A stretch of 40,032 nt of DNA, taken from a phage. Of this stretch, positions 26,001 to 36,308 are shown in pieces. The translations under genes were made by a program, and so were the position numbers. Position 1 is the first letter of the stretch, and the number at the start of each line of letters is the position of its first letter. Location: sequence record PZ490076.1. One strand, written 5' to 3'. The notes beneath the pieces were generated by a model that was given only the letters and a program-made list of their open reading frames with translations, was not told the origin of the DNA and made no database searches.

Positions 26001-26206
26001 AGACAGCCTCCATGTTGGTTCAGGAACTTGGTGCCAGCAGCGGTAATCTCCCACGCACCGTTGTTACGCCCATCCATAGACAGGCAGCTTAGATGTCCAC
26101 GACTCGCAGCCTCAGCCACAAGTGCAGCGTTATTGCGCACATAGTTGGACTGGAAGGTCTTCGGGCAGGACTTAAGGGCCGCTAGGACCCGTAAGTATTC
26201 ACTCAT
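25997..26206 (-). CDS. T7 gp5.7 homolog, 69 aa
   Basis: Near-collinear match to T7 gp5.7 (KSCPKTFQSNYVRNNAALVAEAASRGHLSCL...GGAWEITAAGTKFL). Confidence 0.75.
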   Translation of the reverse strand: MSEYLRVLAALKSCPKTFQSNYVRNNAALVAEAASRGHLSCLSMDGRNNGAWEITAAGTKFLNQHGGCL

Positions 26207-26487
26207 TGCTTGACCTCGAATCGCAGGTTAGACACACCGGACTGACCTGCACCAAAGGCGTCTACCAGCTCCTCCTTGATGATCTCCTTGGTGACAATTT
26301 CAAGGGCAGACTCAGGGCCTGACTCGATTGCTGCTTTGACCATAGCCATCTGAAGCCCATCCAGCTTCTCACCATCAGCGTAGGCTTTAGTCATCTCAGC
26401 CAGTTGGCGACACACTGTCTCTTCTCTCTCTGAGCTAACAACCATCTTCAGGTCGAAACTCACGCGAATACGTTTAGTAATAGCCAT
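26203..26487 (-). CDS. T7 gp5.5 homolog (H-NS-binding protein family), about 94 aa from MAITKRIRVSFDL
   Basis: N-terminus resembles T7 gp5.5 (MAMTKKFKVSFDV); start overlaps the DNA polymerase exon-2 stop (TAATG). Confidence 0.65.
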   Translation of the reverse strand: MAITKRIRVSFDLKMVVSSEREETVCRQLAEMTKAYADGEKLDGLQMAMVKAAIESGPESALEIVTKEIIKEELVDAFGAGQSGVSNLRFEVKQ

Positions 26488-26642
26488 TAGTGACACTCCT
26501 TCCACGTTGGTCCAATCTTACCTTCGGTATCAAGGACACATTTAAAGTTATAGAACTCACCCACCTTACGCATAGCAAGTTGAGCAATCTTGACGACTTC
26601 TTCTGCAATCTCCTGAGTACGACAAGCTACTTGAATCTCATC
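26487..26642 (-). CDS. DNA polymerase, exon 2 (C-terminal 51 aa; T7 gp5 homolog)
   Basis: Translation DEIQVACRTQEIAEEVVKIAQLAMRKVGEFYNFKCVLDTEGKIGPTWKECH matches the T7 gp5 C-terminus (DEIQVGCRTEEIAQVVIETAQEAMRWVGDHWNFRCLLDTEGKMGPNWAICH); no in-frame start codon upstream. Confidence 0.8.
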   Translation of the reverse strand, partial: DEIQVACRTQEIAEEVVKIAQLAMRKVGEFYNFKCVLDTEGKIGPTWKECH

Positions 26643-27243
26643 CTTTCTGTATTCTCCTATTACTAGGAGTGTCGGACTATATCATCAGCCTTTGAGTTGA
26701 CTGTCTGGCGCTTCGGGTAACGAGGGAGTCTCACCCTCGGCCCTACTCCTTTCGGATAGTCTCTACGCCTTCCACTCTCTAATCCACTTACACGCGGCAG
26801 AGAACGTAACACCAAACTTCTCACCTAAGTGTGTTCCTGTACATCCAGTCTCCAACCAGTATTCCTTCGCGGACTCTTTACGGTCAGCGTAGCGTTCTCT
26901 GTTTGTCTTGACTGTATGCTCAGACCCTTCTAGTAACTGGAGATGCTCTGGATTACAGCATGCCCTGTTCCTACACTTGTGGTCTACTTCATACCCTTCT
27001 GGTATATCTCCGTGCTGTTCCTTCCAGACTGTCCTGTGGTACATCTCTAGGACACCGTTAGTCCTCTTTCGGAAATAACCATCAGCATTAAGTTTGTGTG
27101 ACGTAGGGATGATACAACCACTCTCTGTGGTCGCAAGGATTAACTTCTTGCCTCTCATATATCCTCCCTATGGCTTGGCTCGGTATTGCCCTAGAAGGGT
27201 TTCACCGAGTTCACCAGATTTAATGTGCACAATGAGATAGTTT
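26643..27243 (-). mobile_element. Group I intron (about 601 nt) interrupting the DNA polymerase gene, carrying an HNH endonuclease ORF
   Basis: Exon 1 ends ...AYMAWVH (U at the splice site), exon 2 resumes DEIQV (intron ends in G); possible P1 pairing between exon GUGCAU and intron GUGCAC; group I R-like (AGAGACUA) and S-like (GAUAUAGUCC) elements in the 3' part. Confidence 0.75.
26763..27158 (-). CDS. Intron-encoded HNH homing endonuclease, 131 aa
   Basis: HNH motif (EVDHKCRNRACCNPEHLQLL); GGGAGGA RBS 5 nt upstream; wholly inside the predicted intron. Confidence 0.8.
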   Translation of the reverse strand: MRGKKLILATTESGCIIPTSHKLNADGYFRKRTNGVLEMYHRTVWKEQHGDIPEGYEVDHKCRNRACCNPEHLQLLEGSEHTVKTNRERYADRKESAKEYWLETGCTGTHLGEKFGVTFSAACKWIREWKA

Positions 27244-29259
27244 ATGCACCCATGCCATGTATGCAAAGTCTCCTTCCCAGCCGTGGACATACCCGGCCTC
27301 TTCGAGCATACGTTCAGTCTCGACAATCCAGTGCTTACAGACTACCGCACCATCGCCTTGAAGTAAGGCGTTCAGTGCTGAGTGTGGAGACCGGATGTGG
27401 ATACGGCGACCGTCAAGTCCACGCAACCAACGGCGTTTCCACTTGACGATATTCTCTCCGTCAACCCACTTAGAGTCTGAGATTAACGTACTACTCACAG
27501 CTTCCCTGAGGTCTTTGATGGCTGGTGTACCCTCAATGAATTTCTTCATGAGAGCTGAACCTTCCTTCTTCCCGCCGCCTACTATCAGTCCAATCTTAGC
27601 GGCCCCTGCACCATACAGGAACGCATAGATGAACGTCTTAGCGTTGTTACGGAAAGCATCATGGTCGTGGCTCGACTTATCGCGTGGGACGTTAGGCGCT
27701 AACCCAGCGTTTACTGCGTTGGCCCAGTGGATATCACCTTCGACCACAGTCTTCGCATAGGCACCACCATCAAACGGAGCCGCTCGGTTCCCCAGACAAC
27801 GAAGCTCAAGACCTGAAGCATCCACACCCACTTGAATCCAAGGGTCTGGCTTACCATCCGTCTTGTTCCAAGCTGCACCGAAAGCACCACGGCAAATCTC
27901 ACCATACGGAGCACCGTTAGCAGGGACCTGAGCCATGTTTGGTGAACTGTGAGTCGCACGTCCGGTTACTGCCCCGCATGGGTTGATTGAACCGTGCATA
28001 CGTCCGTCTGGACCTACAAGTTTCAACCATGCGTTCTTACCTTCAGCAGCCTGACCTATGCGCTTCTGGACTACCAGATACTCACGGACCAGCTCTACGC
28101 AAGCCTGAGCCTCTGCGTCCGGTAACTTAACGTGTTCTAACGTCTCGTCATCGACTACAGGTTTCCCTGTGTCAGTGAAGTCCACAGGCTCCCAGCCACG
28201 CTCCATCAGGACTTTCGCTAAGTGGTCTCCGCTTCCCGGATTAAACTCAACGTAAGTGATTGGCGTGAACGGTGCTCCTTCCATCGTGTCTCGTGAGTCG
28301 AACTCGCAAGGCTCCAGACCTAAGCGTTGAGCTTTGTTCTTCGGCTTCTTGAATACTGACCCGACCTTAGGATACACGACTCGCGGATACTTCGGGAGGT
28401 CCTTTCCTGTCCGTGGGTGCCTGAAGAACTCCTTGCCACCCTTCGGTGCATACCAGCTACCGAAAGTCGAACGCAGCTTGTCCAACAGCTCTGCACGTTT
28501 GACGGTTAGTTCACGATATAAGCCTTCGACCATCTCGGTGTTCATCGGATAGCCGTTACGCTCCATCTTCGCACAGGTCCACGCAGCATCATGTTCCAGA
28601 CGCAACGCATAAATCTGGTCGAGAGCGAACTGTTCAGACTGGAAGTAATACTTGTCAGTCAGGAACTTCTTGAACAACGCCAGTGTGACCACAACGTCTT
28701 GAACGTTATAGTCCAGCATCTCCTGAGACGGGAACAGCCATTCGTCCCCAGCCTTATATTCGATACCTTCAGCCTTGCACTTGGCAACGTAATCGTGTTT
28801 GTACTCACCTTTCATCTCACCGAGACGATAGCCCCAAGCCTCAAGAGACTGGCGTCCCATCATCTTAGGTGGCAGACGACCAGCTTTCACTGCGCCCATG
28901 TCTGAGAACTTAATGTTTGGATACATCAAGCGTCCCAGCACCAAGGTATCAATCATCTTGTGTTTCGGGAAGTTAAAGCGTTTCCCAAAGTACAGACGCT
29001 TCAGCTTGTCAATAGCCGGGACGTCATAGTTGATACCGTTGTGGAATACCAGCATACCATCAGGTGATGCGGCAATCTCTTCCACCTTCTGTACATACTC
29101 TTTGAAGCCACCGACGATACCGACCATCGGAGCTACCCCATACTTAAGGGTCTCATTCGACTCGGCGTTAATCAGGACCCCACAGTGAAACTGGGAGACT
29201 GTATCAAGGAGACCGTTGGTCTCTATGTCAGAACCCCAGATACTCTTAAGGTCAAACAT
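27244..29259 (-). CDS. DNA polymerase, exon 1 (T7 gp5 homolog), about 672 aa
   Basis: Strong similarity to T7 gp5 (MEGAPFTPI..VEFNPGS.DH, NGAVTGRATH, DASGLELRCL, AKTFIYAFLYGAG, GDFAYMAWVH); start placed at MFDLKSIW (GGAGGA RBS), not the upstream track start at 29295. Confidence 0.9.
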
Positions 29260-29279
29260 GGTTAATCCTCCGTTTAGTC

Positions 29280-29318
29280 TAATCATAAAGGCCACTCGAT
29301 GTGAATGACCTTGAGTCT
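29280..29318 (-). promoter_or_regulatory. Candidate RNase III processing site (copy B of the conserved element), 21 nt upstream of the DNA polymerase start
   Basis: Minus strand TAGACTCAAGGTCATTCACATCGAGTGGCCTTTATGATTAGAC. Confidence 0.4.
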
Positions 29319-29322
29319 AGAC

Positions 29323-31202
<1,880 letters not shown>

Positions 31203-31249
31203 TCACTCCTTAGTCAATAATGCGGACAAAGGGACAGGACTCATGGTCC

Positions 31250-31272
31250 CATCCCTAAGGTGATAGTTTAGG
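31250..31272 (-). promoter_or_regulatory. Variant phage RNAP promoter (CACCTTAGGG instead of CACTATAGG) upstream of gene 4
   Basis: Minus strand GCCTAAACTATCACCTTAGGGATGGG; upstream half matches the consensus, the -4/-3 positions deviate. Confidence 0.4.
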
Positions 31273-31483
31273 CTTTGAAGAACTGAGCCAACTGGTCAGC
31301 TTTGGTGTCAGCTTGACGTGCCTTCATGCCAGCTTCCAGTGACGCTATTGTTAGCTTGTCAGCCAGAGTAGCAGCATCAGCCGCACTGTCAGCAGTCTTC
31401 TTTTCTACCTTTCGTTCCAGTACCGCAGCACGACGATAACCACGCACCACCAGACGACCAAGAAATTCAATAAGTTTAATCAT
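31268..31483 (-). CDS. Hypothetical protein, 71 aa (downstream of the amidase gene)
   Basis: ORF only; no similarity to T7 gp3.8 recognised. Confidence 0.4.
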   Translation of the reverse strand: MIKLIEFLGRLVVRGYRRAAVLERKVEKKTADSAADAATLADKLTIASLEAGMKARQADTKADQLAQFFKA

Positions 31484-31507
31484 TGAGTTATTCTCCTTTA
31501 GAGTTTA

Positions 31508-31966
31508 TTAACCACGGTCGGAAGTGACCAGTTCATTGGTAGACAGCCAGCGTTGCAAGTCGAAACTTGGACACGCCTTAGGTGCTACGTCATGGTGTGC
31601 TTTGATTTCTGCCTGAGGATACAGGACCTTCAGGTCAGCCAGCTTGTTGCGCAGGGAGTTCATCTGGGCTGGAGTGAAGTTAGCTTCAAACTGACCCTTA
31701 GCGTTGATTCCGCCTACAAGGCAGACGCCTACAGACCGTGAGTTCCAGTCCTTAACGTGTGACCCTACGACATTGACCGGGCGACCCTCTTCCACAGTGC
31801 CATCACGTTTGATGATAAAGTGGTAGCCTACGTCCAGCCAGCCTTGCTGCTTGTGCCACATACGGATGGTCTCTACCCCGATGTCCATATCTGGCTTGGT
31901 AGCCGAACAGTGAACGAAGATAGCGTCAGTCCGGGACCGTGGGTTGAACTGTACCTTACTTACCAT
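31508..31966 (-). CDS. N-acetylmuramoyl-L-alanine amidase / RNAP-inhibiting lysozyme (T7 gp3.5 homolog), 152 aa
   Basis: Near-identical blocks to T7 gp3.5 (DAIFVHCSATKP, HKQQGWLDVGYHFIIKRDGTVE, GVCLVGGI, FTPAQM, APKACPSFDL, NELVTSDRG). Confidence 0.95.
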   Translation of the reverse strand: MVSKVQFNPRSRTDAIFVHCSATKPDMDIGVETIRMWHKQQGWLDVGYHFIIKRDGTVEEGRPVNVVGSHVKDWNSRSVGVCLVGGINAKGQFEANFTPAQMNSLRNKLADLKVLYPQAEIKAHHDVAPKACPSFDLQRWLSTNELVTSDRG

Positions 31967-32429
31967 TGTACACCACCAATTCTACGACCACTAGATTCAG
32001 GTGCTGGGTGAAGCGCTGTGCGTCCGTGGTGTGCATCTGGAGACGCTTATGGTTGAAGACGTGTGAGTTGCTAATCTTCACGTAAACTTCTTCAGGCTTT
32101 CCGTGGACGATGAACGTCTGGCCTACACCAATCTTGTCGATGGTCAGGACTTCACGTTTAACGGTGACAGGAGGGACACTTGAGGCTGGCAGGACTTGAG
32201 GTTTATCCTCTACAATTTCCTCAAGATATGCATTTAAAACCCATGCTCCCCACATTCCGTCAGGCTGCGTGTTATGACCCGCGCTACCGTGCTTGTAGTA
32301 GCCACGCTCGGAGGATTCTACCAGGGTACTTCCAACCGTGGAAAACGGGTCTTTCGCACATTTCGTAACGATAGCACCTTTAGGCCACCCGTGGCGGTCA
32401 ACCTTAAGTCTATATTTCTGAGTCATCAC
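31956..32429 (-). CDS. Hypothetical protein, 157 aa, between the endonuclease I and amidase genes (no T7 counterpart)
   Basis: AAAGGAG RBS; start overlaps the gp3 stop; no recognisable motif. Confidence 0.5.
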   Translation of the reverse strand: MMTQKYRLKVDRHGWPKGAIVTKCAKDPFSTVGSTLVESSERGYYKHGSAGHNTQPDGMWGAWVLNAYLEEIVEDKPQVLPASSVPPVTVKREVLTIDKIGVGQTFIVHGKPEEVYVKISNSHVFNHKRLQMHTTDAQRFTQHLNLVVVELVVYNGK

Positions 32430-32878
32430 TTAACTCCTTTCTTCTTGGGGATGAGGATACCTGAAGGCAGACGTACAGTCTCCTCTCGTAGCCACTCAAC
32501 CGGGATGAACTTATCGGCATACTTATAGCCGTTCTTTTCGCACCATGCGCCATACGTGGTCGGAGACCCTTTGTATAGCTTGGAGCGGGAACTTGAGAAC
32601 ACGAACCGGATGTCTAACTCAGGGTGCTGTTCTCGTACCAGAAGGTGCTTCTTACGGTCATCACTATCGAAGATACCTTTGGTCTCCACGATGATACCGT
32701 TAGGAAGAATAAAATCTGGTGTGTACTTGTGGTCGGAAGCCGGAATCACATAGTTGATATAATGGCTTTCGTACTCCGCTTTGACGCCGTTCTGTTCCAG
32801 CCACTGCTGGTTCTTGGCTTCAAGTCCAGAGCGGTAGGCACCCACAGAGTGCCCCCGTTTTGCAGACCATTGGGCCAT
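32426..32878 (-). CDS. Endonuclease I, Holliday-junction resolvase (T7 gp3 homolog), 150 aa
   Basis: Similarity to T7 gp3 (YTPDF.LPNGI.VETKG....DDRKKHLL.REQHPELDIR.VFSSS..KLYKGSPT.YG). Confidence 0.9.
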   Translation of the reverse strand: MAQWSAKRGHSVGAYRSGLEAKNQQWLEQNGVKAEYESHYINYVIPASDHKYTPDFILPNGIIVETKGIFDSDDRKKHLLVREQHPELDIRFVFSSSRSKLYKGSPTTYGAWCEKNGYKYADKFIPVEWLREETVRLPSGILIPKKKGVK

Positions 32879-33576
32879 TAGAAGTCGTAATCGCCACCAG
32901 AGTTGGACTCGGAACCACCTTCGGAACCATCGTCACCGAAGTCATCAGACCCGAAGTCACCATCGGTTGACGCTTTGTAGCCTGTACCGAGGTCTTCATC
33001 ATCACCCCAACCACCATCGCCACCTGCACCATCGCCTTTCCACTCCTTCAGTTCTACCAGAAGGCAGGACTCAAGTTGGAGCTTAACGCTTGCACCAGTA
33101 GCAGCGTTCCACTTAAACGGCAGGACTTTAAACTTGACCTTCAGCTTTGAGCCAGCGCCAATATTCGGGACGTCACGGATTAACTTAGCATCGGTGTCGT
33201 AGAACCGTAATATGATAGGCTCTGACTTACCATCCTTCAGGTAAGACGCGAAGCATTTAAACTTCAGGGTAACAGTACCATCACCATTCTCAATCCACGG
33301 CATGTCGCCTTCTCGTGGTTCAATAGGCTTCTTGCCACGCTGAACCTGAGGCGGGTTCTTCTCGTGGTCTGCAAGTGCTTTCGCATACGCATCGTCGTGA
33401 ATCTTCTGTAAGACATCAATCATCTTACGGACCTTCGGGTTGCTCAGGTCGAATGTCAGGTTGACTTTGTGTTCACCACGCTCGTTGAACTTGGTGTCTG
33501 CTTTGTTAAGCCATGCGTAAGGCTCAACGATACCAGCTACCGGAGTGGTGAAAGTCTTCAGTTGCTCTTTAGCCAT
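32878..33576 (-). CDS. Single-stranded DNA-binding protein (T7 gp2.5 homolog), 232 aa
   Basis: Similarity to T7 gp2.5 (GGSKLKVK...WN.A.GASVKLQLES), acidic C-terminal tail ending in F. Confidence 0.9.
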   Translation of the reverse strand: MAKEQLKTFTTPVAGIVEPYAWLNKADTKFNERGEHKVNLTFDLSNPKVRKMIDVLQKIHDDAYAKALADHEKNPPQVQRGKKPIEPREGDMPWIENGDGTVTLKFKCFASYLKDGKSEPIILRFYDTDAKLIRDVPNIGAGSKLKVKFKVLPFKWNAATGASVKLQLESCLLVELKEWKGDGAGGDGGWGDDEDLGTGYKASTDGDFGSDDFGDDGSEGGSESNSGGDYDF

Positions 33577-33616
33577 TGGTGTAAATCTCCTAATTTAAAA
33601 GTTACGAACTGGACGT

Positions 33617-33639
33617 CTGTCCTACAGTGATAGTTTAGG
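33617..33639 (-). promoter_or_regulatory. Phage RNAP promoter (phi2.5-like), variant CACTGTAGG
   Basis: Minus strand GACCTAAACTATCACTGTAGGACAGACG; the gp2 TAA stop lies inside it. Confidence 0.55.
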
Positions 33640-33793
33640 TCTCAGGACGAATCCGTCCGACCACAAACCCAGCGTCCTCATACTCTTGGGACTTCAGGGT
33701 AGCCTCTTCAAGAGACTTTGCGTACACCGGAACCTCGAAGGACTGAATGTGACCCTCAAGCTCCACGATGTACTTCTTCTCTACGTCAGTCAT
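33635..33793 (-). CDS. Host RNA polymerase inhibitor (T7 gp2 homolog), 52 aa
   Basis: Hand translation [52 protein letters not shown] resembles T7 gp2 (..[35 protein letters not shown]..); below the 60-aa track cutoff. Confidence 0.6.
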   Translation of the reverse strand: MTDVEKKYIVELEGHIQSFEVPVYAKSLEEATLKSQEYEDAGFVVGRIRPET

Positions 33794-33968
33794 AAACCGC
33801 GCTCCTTCCATTGGTTGTATAACGTGATGTAGTCCGGGTTGAGAGTCTTCTCATACATCTCCCGGCACCACTCACTTGGTTTTACCATATTCCACCTCTA
33901 TCGCCCAATACATTAAACGCAATAATGCACCTACTCCTGCACAGATTAATCCGAAGTACAGAATATCA

Positions 33969-34280
33969 TTAAGCATAACACTTACCTTTATGTTGGTCGA
34001 ACAGCTCCTGATAGAAGGCGGCTTTGTTCAGGTCCTTCTCCATAGTAGCCAGCTCGGACTTCTTACCAGCCCGGAGTCGATACTTCAGGACGTTACCCAT
34101 GCAGAAACCACGGAACTCACTGACAGTCATGGACCGGGCGATAATCTCAATGGATTCCACACCGTCAAAGACCTGATAGTGGGACGGCTTGCGTACACCA
34201 TCGTCTGTATTAGGCGGGTTGCTACAGCTACATACTTCAGCCCCGTTCCATATCGTACAGCCGGGAGCATGCTTAGTCAT
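33969..34280 (-). CDS. T7 gp1.7 (nucleotide kinase) homolog, short form, 103 aa
   Basis: C-terminal 70 aa nearly collinear with the T7 gp1.7 C-terminus (KPSHY..F...E.IE.IARSMTV..F.G.C.GN.LKYRLRAGKKSELA..EKDL.KA.FY.ELF..HK.KCYA); N-terminal part much shorter than T7. Confidence 0.7.
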   Translation of the reverse strand: MTKHAPGCTIWNGAEVCSCSNPPNTDDGVRKPSHYQVFDGVESIEIIARSMTVSEFRGFCMGNVLKYRLRAGKKSELATMEKDLNKAAFYQELFDQHKGKCYA

Positions 34281-34533
34281 TGAATACCTCCTTCACGAAC
34301 TCAACGAACAGGCGAACGCGAGGCCACTTAGTGTAGACCACAGGTACGTTGGTCTCACGCTTCTGGCGAGCCTCCTCCGCTTTGCTCGGAGTAATCAGAG
34401 CGAATACTGTAGGTGATAACTTAACGGCCTTCCCGAAGTAGCCCAGCTTCTCGTTGCGCTTAATGCAAGCGAACGGGTTGTTGGACAGGTGGAAGGTATC
34501 GGTATAACGGTTGAACATTAAGTTCTTAGACAT
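34273..34533 (-). CDS. Hypothetical protein, 86 aa (T7 gene 1.6 position)
   Basis: ORF directly downstream of the phi1.5/1.6-like promoter. Confidence 0.45.
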   Translation of the reverse strand: MSKNLMFNRYTDTFHLSNNPFACIKRNEKLGYFGKAVKLSPTVFALITPSKAEEARQKRETNVPVVYTKWPRVRLFVEFVKEVFND

Positions 34534-34557
34534 AGAGTCTCCTTAGGTTGTTGATGG

Positions 34558-34580
34558 TTGTCCTATAGTGATAGCTTAGG
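34558..34580 (-). promoter_or_regulatory. Phage RNAP promoter (variant, AAGCTATCACTATAGG)
   Basis: Minus strand CCCTAAGCTATCACTATAGGACAACC. Confidence 0.6.
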
Positions 34581-34616
34581 GTCAGGCTGGTTCCCCCAAA
34601 CGATAGCTTGCTAGCA

Positions 34617-34653
34617 CAAAGCAAAGAAACCCAGCAGTCCTAAGACCACTGGG
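34617..34653 (-). terminator. Intrinsic terminator downstream of the ligase gene (T7 TE position)
   Basis: Minus strand CCCAGTGGTCTTAGGACTGCTGGG (10-bp stem, 4-nt loop, two G-U pairs) followed by TTTCTTTGCTTTG. Confidence 0.6.
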
Positions 34654-34664
34654 TTGACATTTAG

Positions 34665-35768
34665 TTAGCTCTTAATGGTCGGATTGTCTTCAGTTCCACG
34701 CCAGCACTTGAAGCTAGGGTGACGAAGTGAGCCATCTGGGAACCGCTCCATGAAGAGGACTTCACACTGCCAGCCTTCGTATGGGTTGGTCTTCTCGGTC
34801 CCATCCTGAATAACCACAGGGCCACCAGCCAAGGTATAGCCACTAGATTCAGCGACTTTAGCTGTGAATTCGTCCTTCTGTTCTTCAGTCAGGCCACAGG
34901 TGTTAACCACCATGCCGTCCTCAAGTAGCACCTCGAAGCCGATGACCTTACCTTCGTTCGCCTTACCCTGAGTCCCCCACACGAGGCCACACACTGTCCC
35001 GTCTATGGTCTCCTCAGGCTTCATTTTCCACATGCCAGACTTCTTGCCACGCTTGTATTTACCAAGCGGGTCCTTGACTACCAGACCCTCGTGTCCTTCC
35101 AGACGCTTCTCTTCGTACAGGGAGCTGAGCGACTCAAGGTCATAGACCGTGTGTGACTCAGACAGAACCCAGTCGATTTCCGGGAAGTATTTCTGGAGGA
35201 GAGGGACGATAGCTTCGGCCTTCAGGCGTGTGACGCTATGAATAGGACCTTCGGCTTTTGGGTCGTTGATGACGTTAAGGTCGATGACCCCGTAGACGAC
35301 CACTCGTAGGGACTCAGGGCTAATCTGGAAGGGAACCTTGTTAGACTTCTTGGTCTCCATATCTGCCTTAGGGTTCATGTTCCACTTGTAGTTCTTGCGG
35401 TCAGACCACATGGTGCGGATAAGACCGGAAGACGTGTTGAAGTCCACGCCTTTGACCATCACCTCGCCATCAATCATTAGGCCAGAGACCTCATGTCCTG
35501 CTTGCTTCAGGAACCAGCGCCAGTCTCCACAGTTTGTTAATTCGGTAGGACTACCATGTTCTGACTTCAGATGCTGAAGCGCTGGGAGAGGTTTAGACTC
35601 ACGGCTCAACCATTGAGTCTCACCAGTAGGGAAGACCGGGAGATTCAGGCGCACACCATCGTACTTCACTTCAGCTTCCAGAGACCCGGCTGCTTCCAGT
35701 GCTTTCTTAACGCCAGACTCAGAGTAATCTACAGCGCGGTGCGGGTTAGTTTTGATAGTCGTTGTCAT
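34665..35768 (-). CDS. ATP-dependent DNA ligase (T7 gp1.3 homolog), about 367 aa
   Basis: KxDG adenylation motif (EVKYDGVR), collinear similarity to T7 ligase (IKTNP..AV, MIDGE.MVKGVDFNT.SGL.RT, EGHEGL.VKDP...YKRGKKSG.WKMKPE, DGSLRHPSF...RGTEDNP); start placed at the second ATG overlapping the gp1.2 stop. Confidence 0.9.
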   Translation of the reverse strand: MTTTIKTNPHRAVDYSESGVKKALEAAGSLEAEVKYDGVRLNLPVFPTGETQWLSRESKPLPALQHLKSEHGSPTELTNCGDWRWFLKQAGHEVSGLMIDGEVMVKGVDFNTSSGLIRTMWSDRKNYKWNMNPKADMETKKSNKVPFQISPESLRVVVYGVIDLNVINDPKAEGPIHSVTRLKAEAIVPLLQKYFPEIDWVLSESHTVYDLESLSSLYEEKRLEGHEGLVVKDPLGKYKRGKKSGMWKMKPEETIDGTVCGLVWGTQGKANEGKVIGFEVLLEDGMVVNTCGLTEEQKDEFTAKVAESSGYTLAGGPVVIQDGTEKTNPYEGWQCEVLFMERFPDGSLRHPSFKCWRGTEDNPTIKS

Positions 35769-36031
35769 TATGATTTGCTCCATGTGTCGAGTTGGTCAGC
35801 GAGACCATTGAGGAATTCTGTTGCAGTGTTGTACAGTACGTCTTCATCGTAGTGTGCGAAGGACTCAAGAGCGAATATGTTACCCGCCCGGTCCTCTACC
35901 CTGAGTCTCATACACTCTTGGCGTGACGTAAGGTCTTGAAACTCCTGAGATATGACAGCGAAGTCTAACTGATAGAGCCTGTTACACGCTGCTTTGAAAG
36001 CGTTTAGGTTGCCACTATAAAGTCGGCCCAT
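35768..36031 (-). CDS. T7 gp1.2 homolog (dGTPase inhibitor family), 87 aa
   Basis: N-terminus MGRLYSGNLNAFKAACNRLYQLDFAVI matches T7 gp1.2 (MGRLYSGNLAAFKAATNKLFQLDLAVI). Confidence 0.8.
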   Translation of the reverse strand: MGRLYSGNLNAFKAACNRLYQLDFAVISQEFQDLTSRQECMRLRVEDRAGNIFALESFAHYDEDVLYNTATEFLNGLADQLDTWSKS

Positions 36032-36036
36032 AGCGT

Positions 36037-36215
36037 TATGCTCCTACGAAATACTTCTCTTGGTTGACCATAGAGTCTTTTCCTTCAGCGTTACGGAAAG
36101 CACCCTTTACACCACCGCCACGCTTGGTCTTGTTCAGCTTGCGTCCCTTCGGAATATAATCTTCAGTCTGCTGACGTTCACGGATGCGCTCGAAGTTGAT
36201 AGTGTTCTGATACAT
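36037..36215 (-). CDS. T7 gp1.1 homolog, 59 aa
   Basis: Hand translation MYQNTINFERIRERQQTEDYIPKGRKLNKTKRGGG... contains KGRKLNKTKR as in T7 gp1.1; AGGAG RBS 7 nt upstream. Confidence 0.6.
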
Positions 36216-36244
36216 GGTGTAGCTCCTGATTGAATGAGTTAGGG

Positions 36245-36286
36245 TTAATCATGAAGGCCACGACTCTGAGTCATGACCTTGAGTCT
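36245..36286 (-). promoter_or_regulatory. Candidate RNase III processing site (copy C of the conserved element; T7 R1.1 position) between the promoter and gene 1.1
   Basis: Minus strand TAGACTCAAGGTCATGACTCAGAGTCGTGGCCTTCATGATTAA. Confidence 0.4.
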
Positions 36287-36308
36287 AATCCTATAGTGAT
36301 AGTTTAGG
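36286..36308 (-). promoter_or_regulatory. Phage RNAP promoter (phi1.1-like)
   Basis: Minus strand CCCTAAACTATCACTATAGGATTAGAC. Confidence 0.7.

Noticed and set aside
29260-29295. Upstream start for the DNA polymerase ORF (MAFMIRLNGGLTMFD...) given by the ORF track
   Set aside because: The extension overlaps the conserved RNase III-like element and lacks an RBS; the internal Met (MFDLKSIWGSDIETNGLL) has a GGAGGA RBS and aligns with the T7 gp5 N-terminus.
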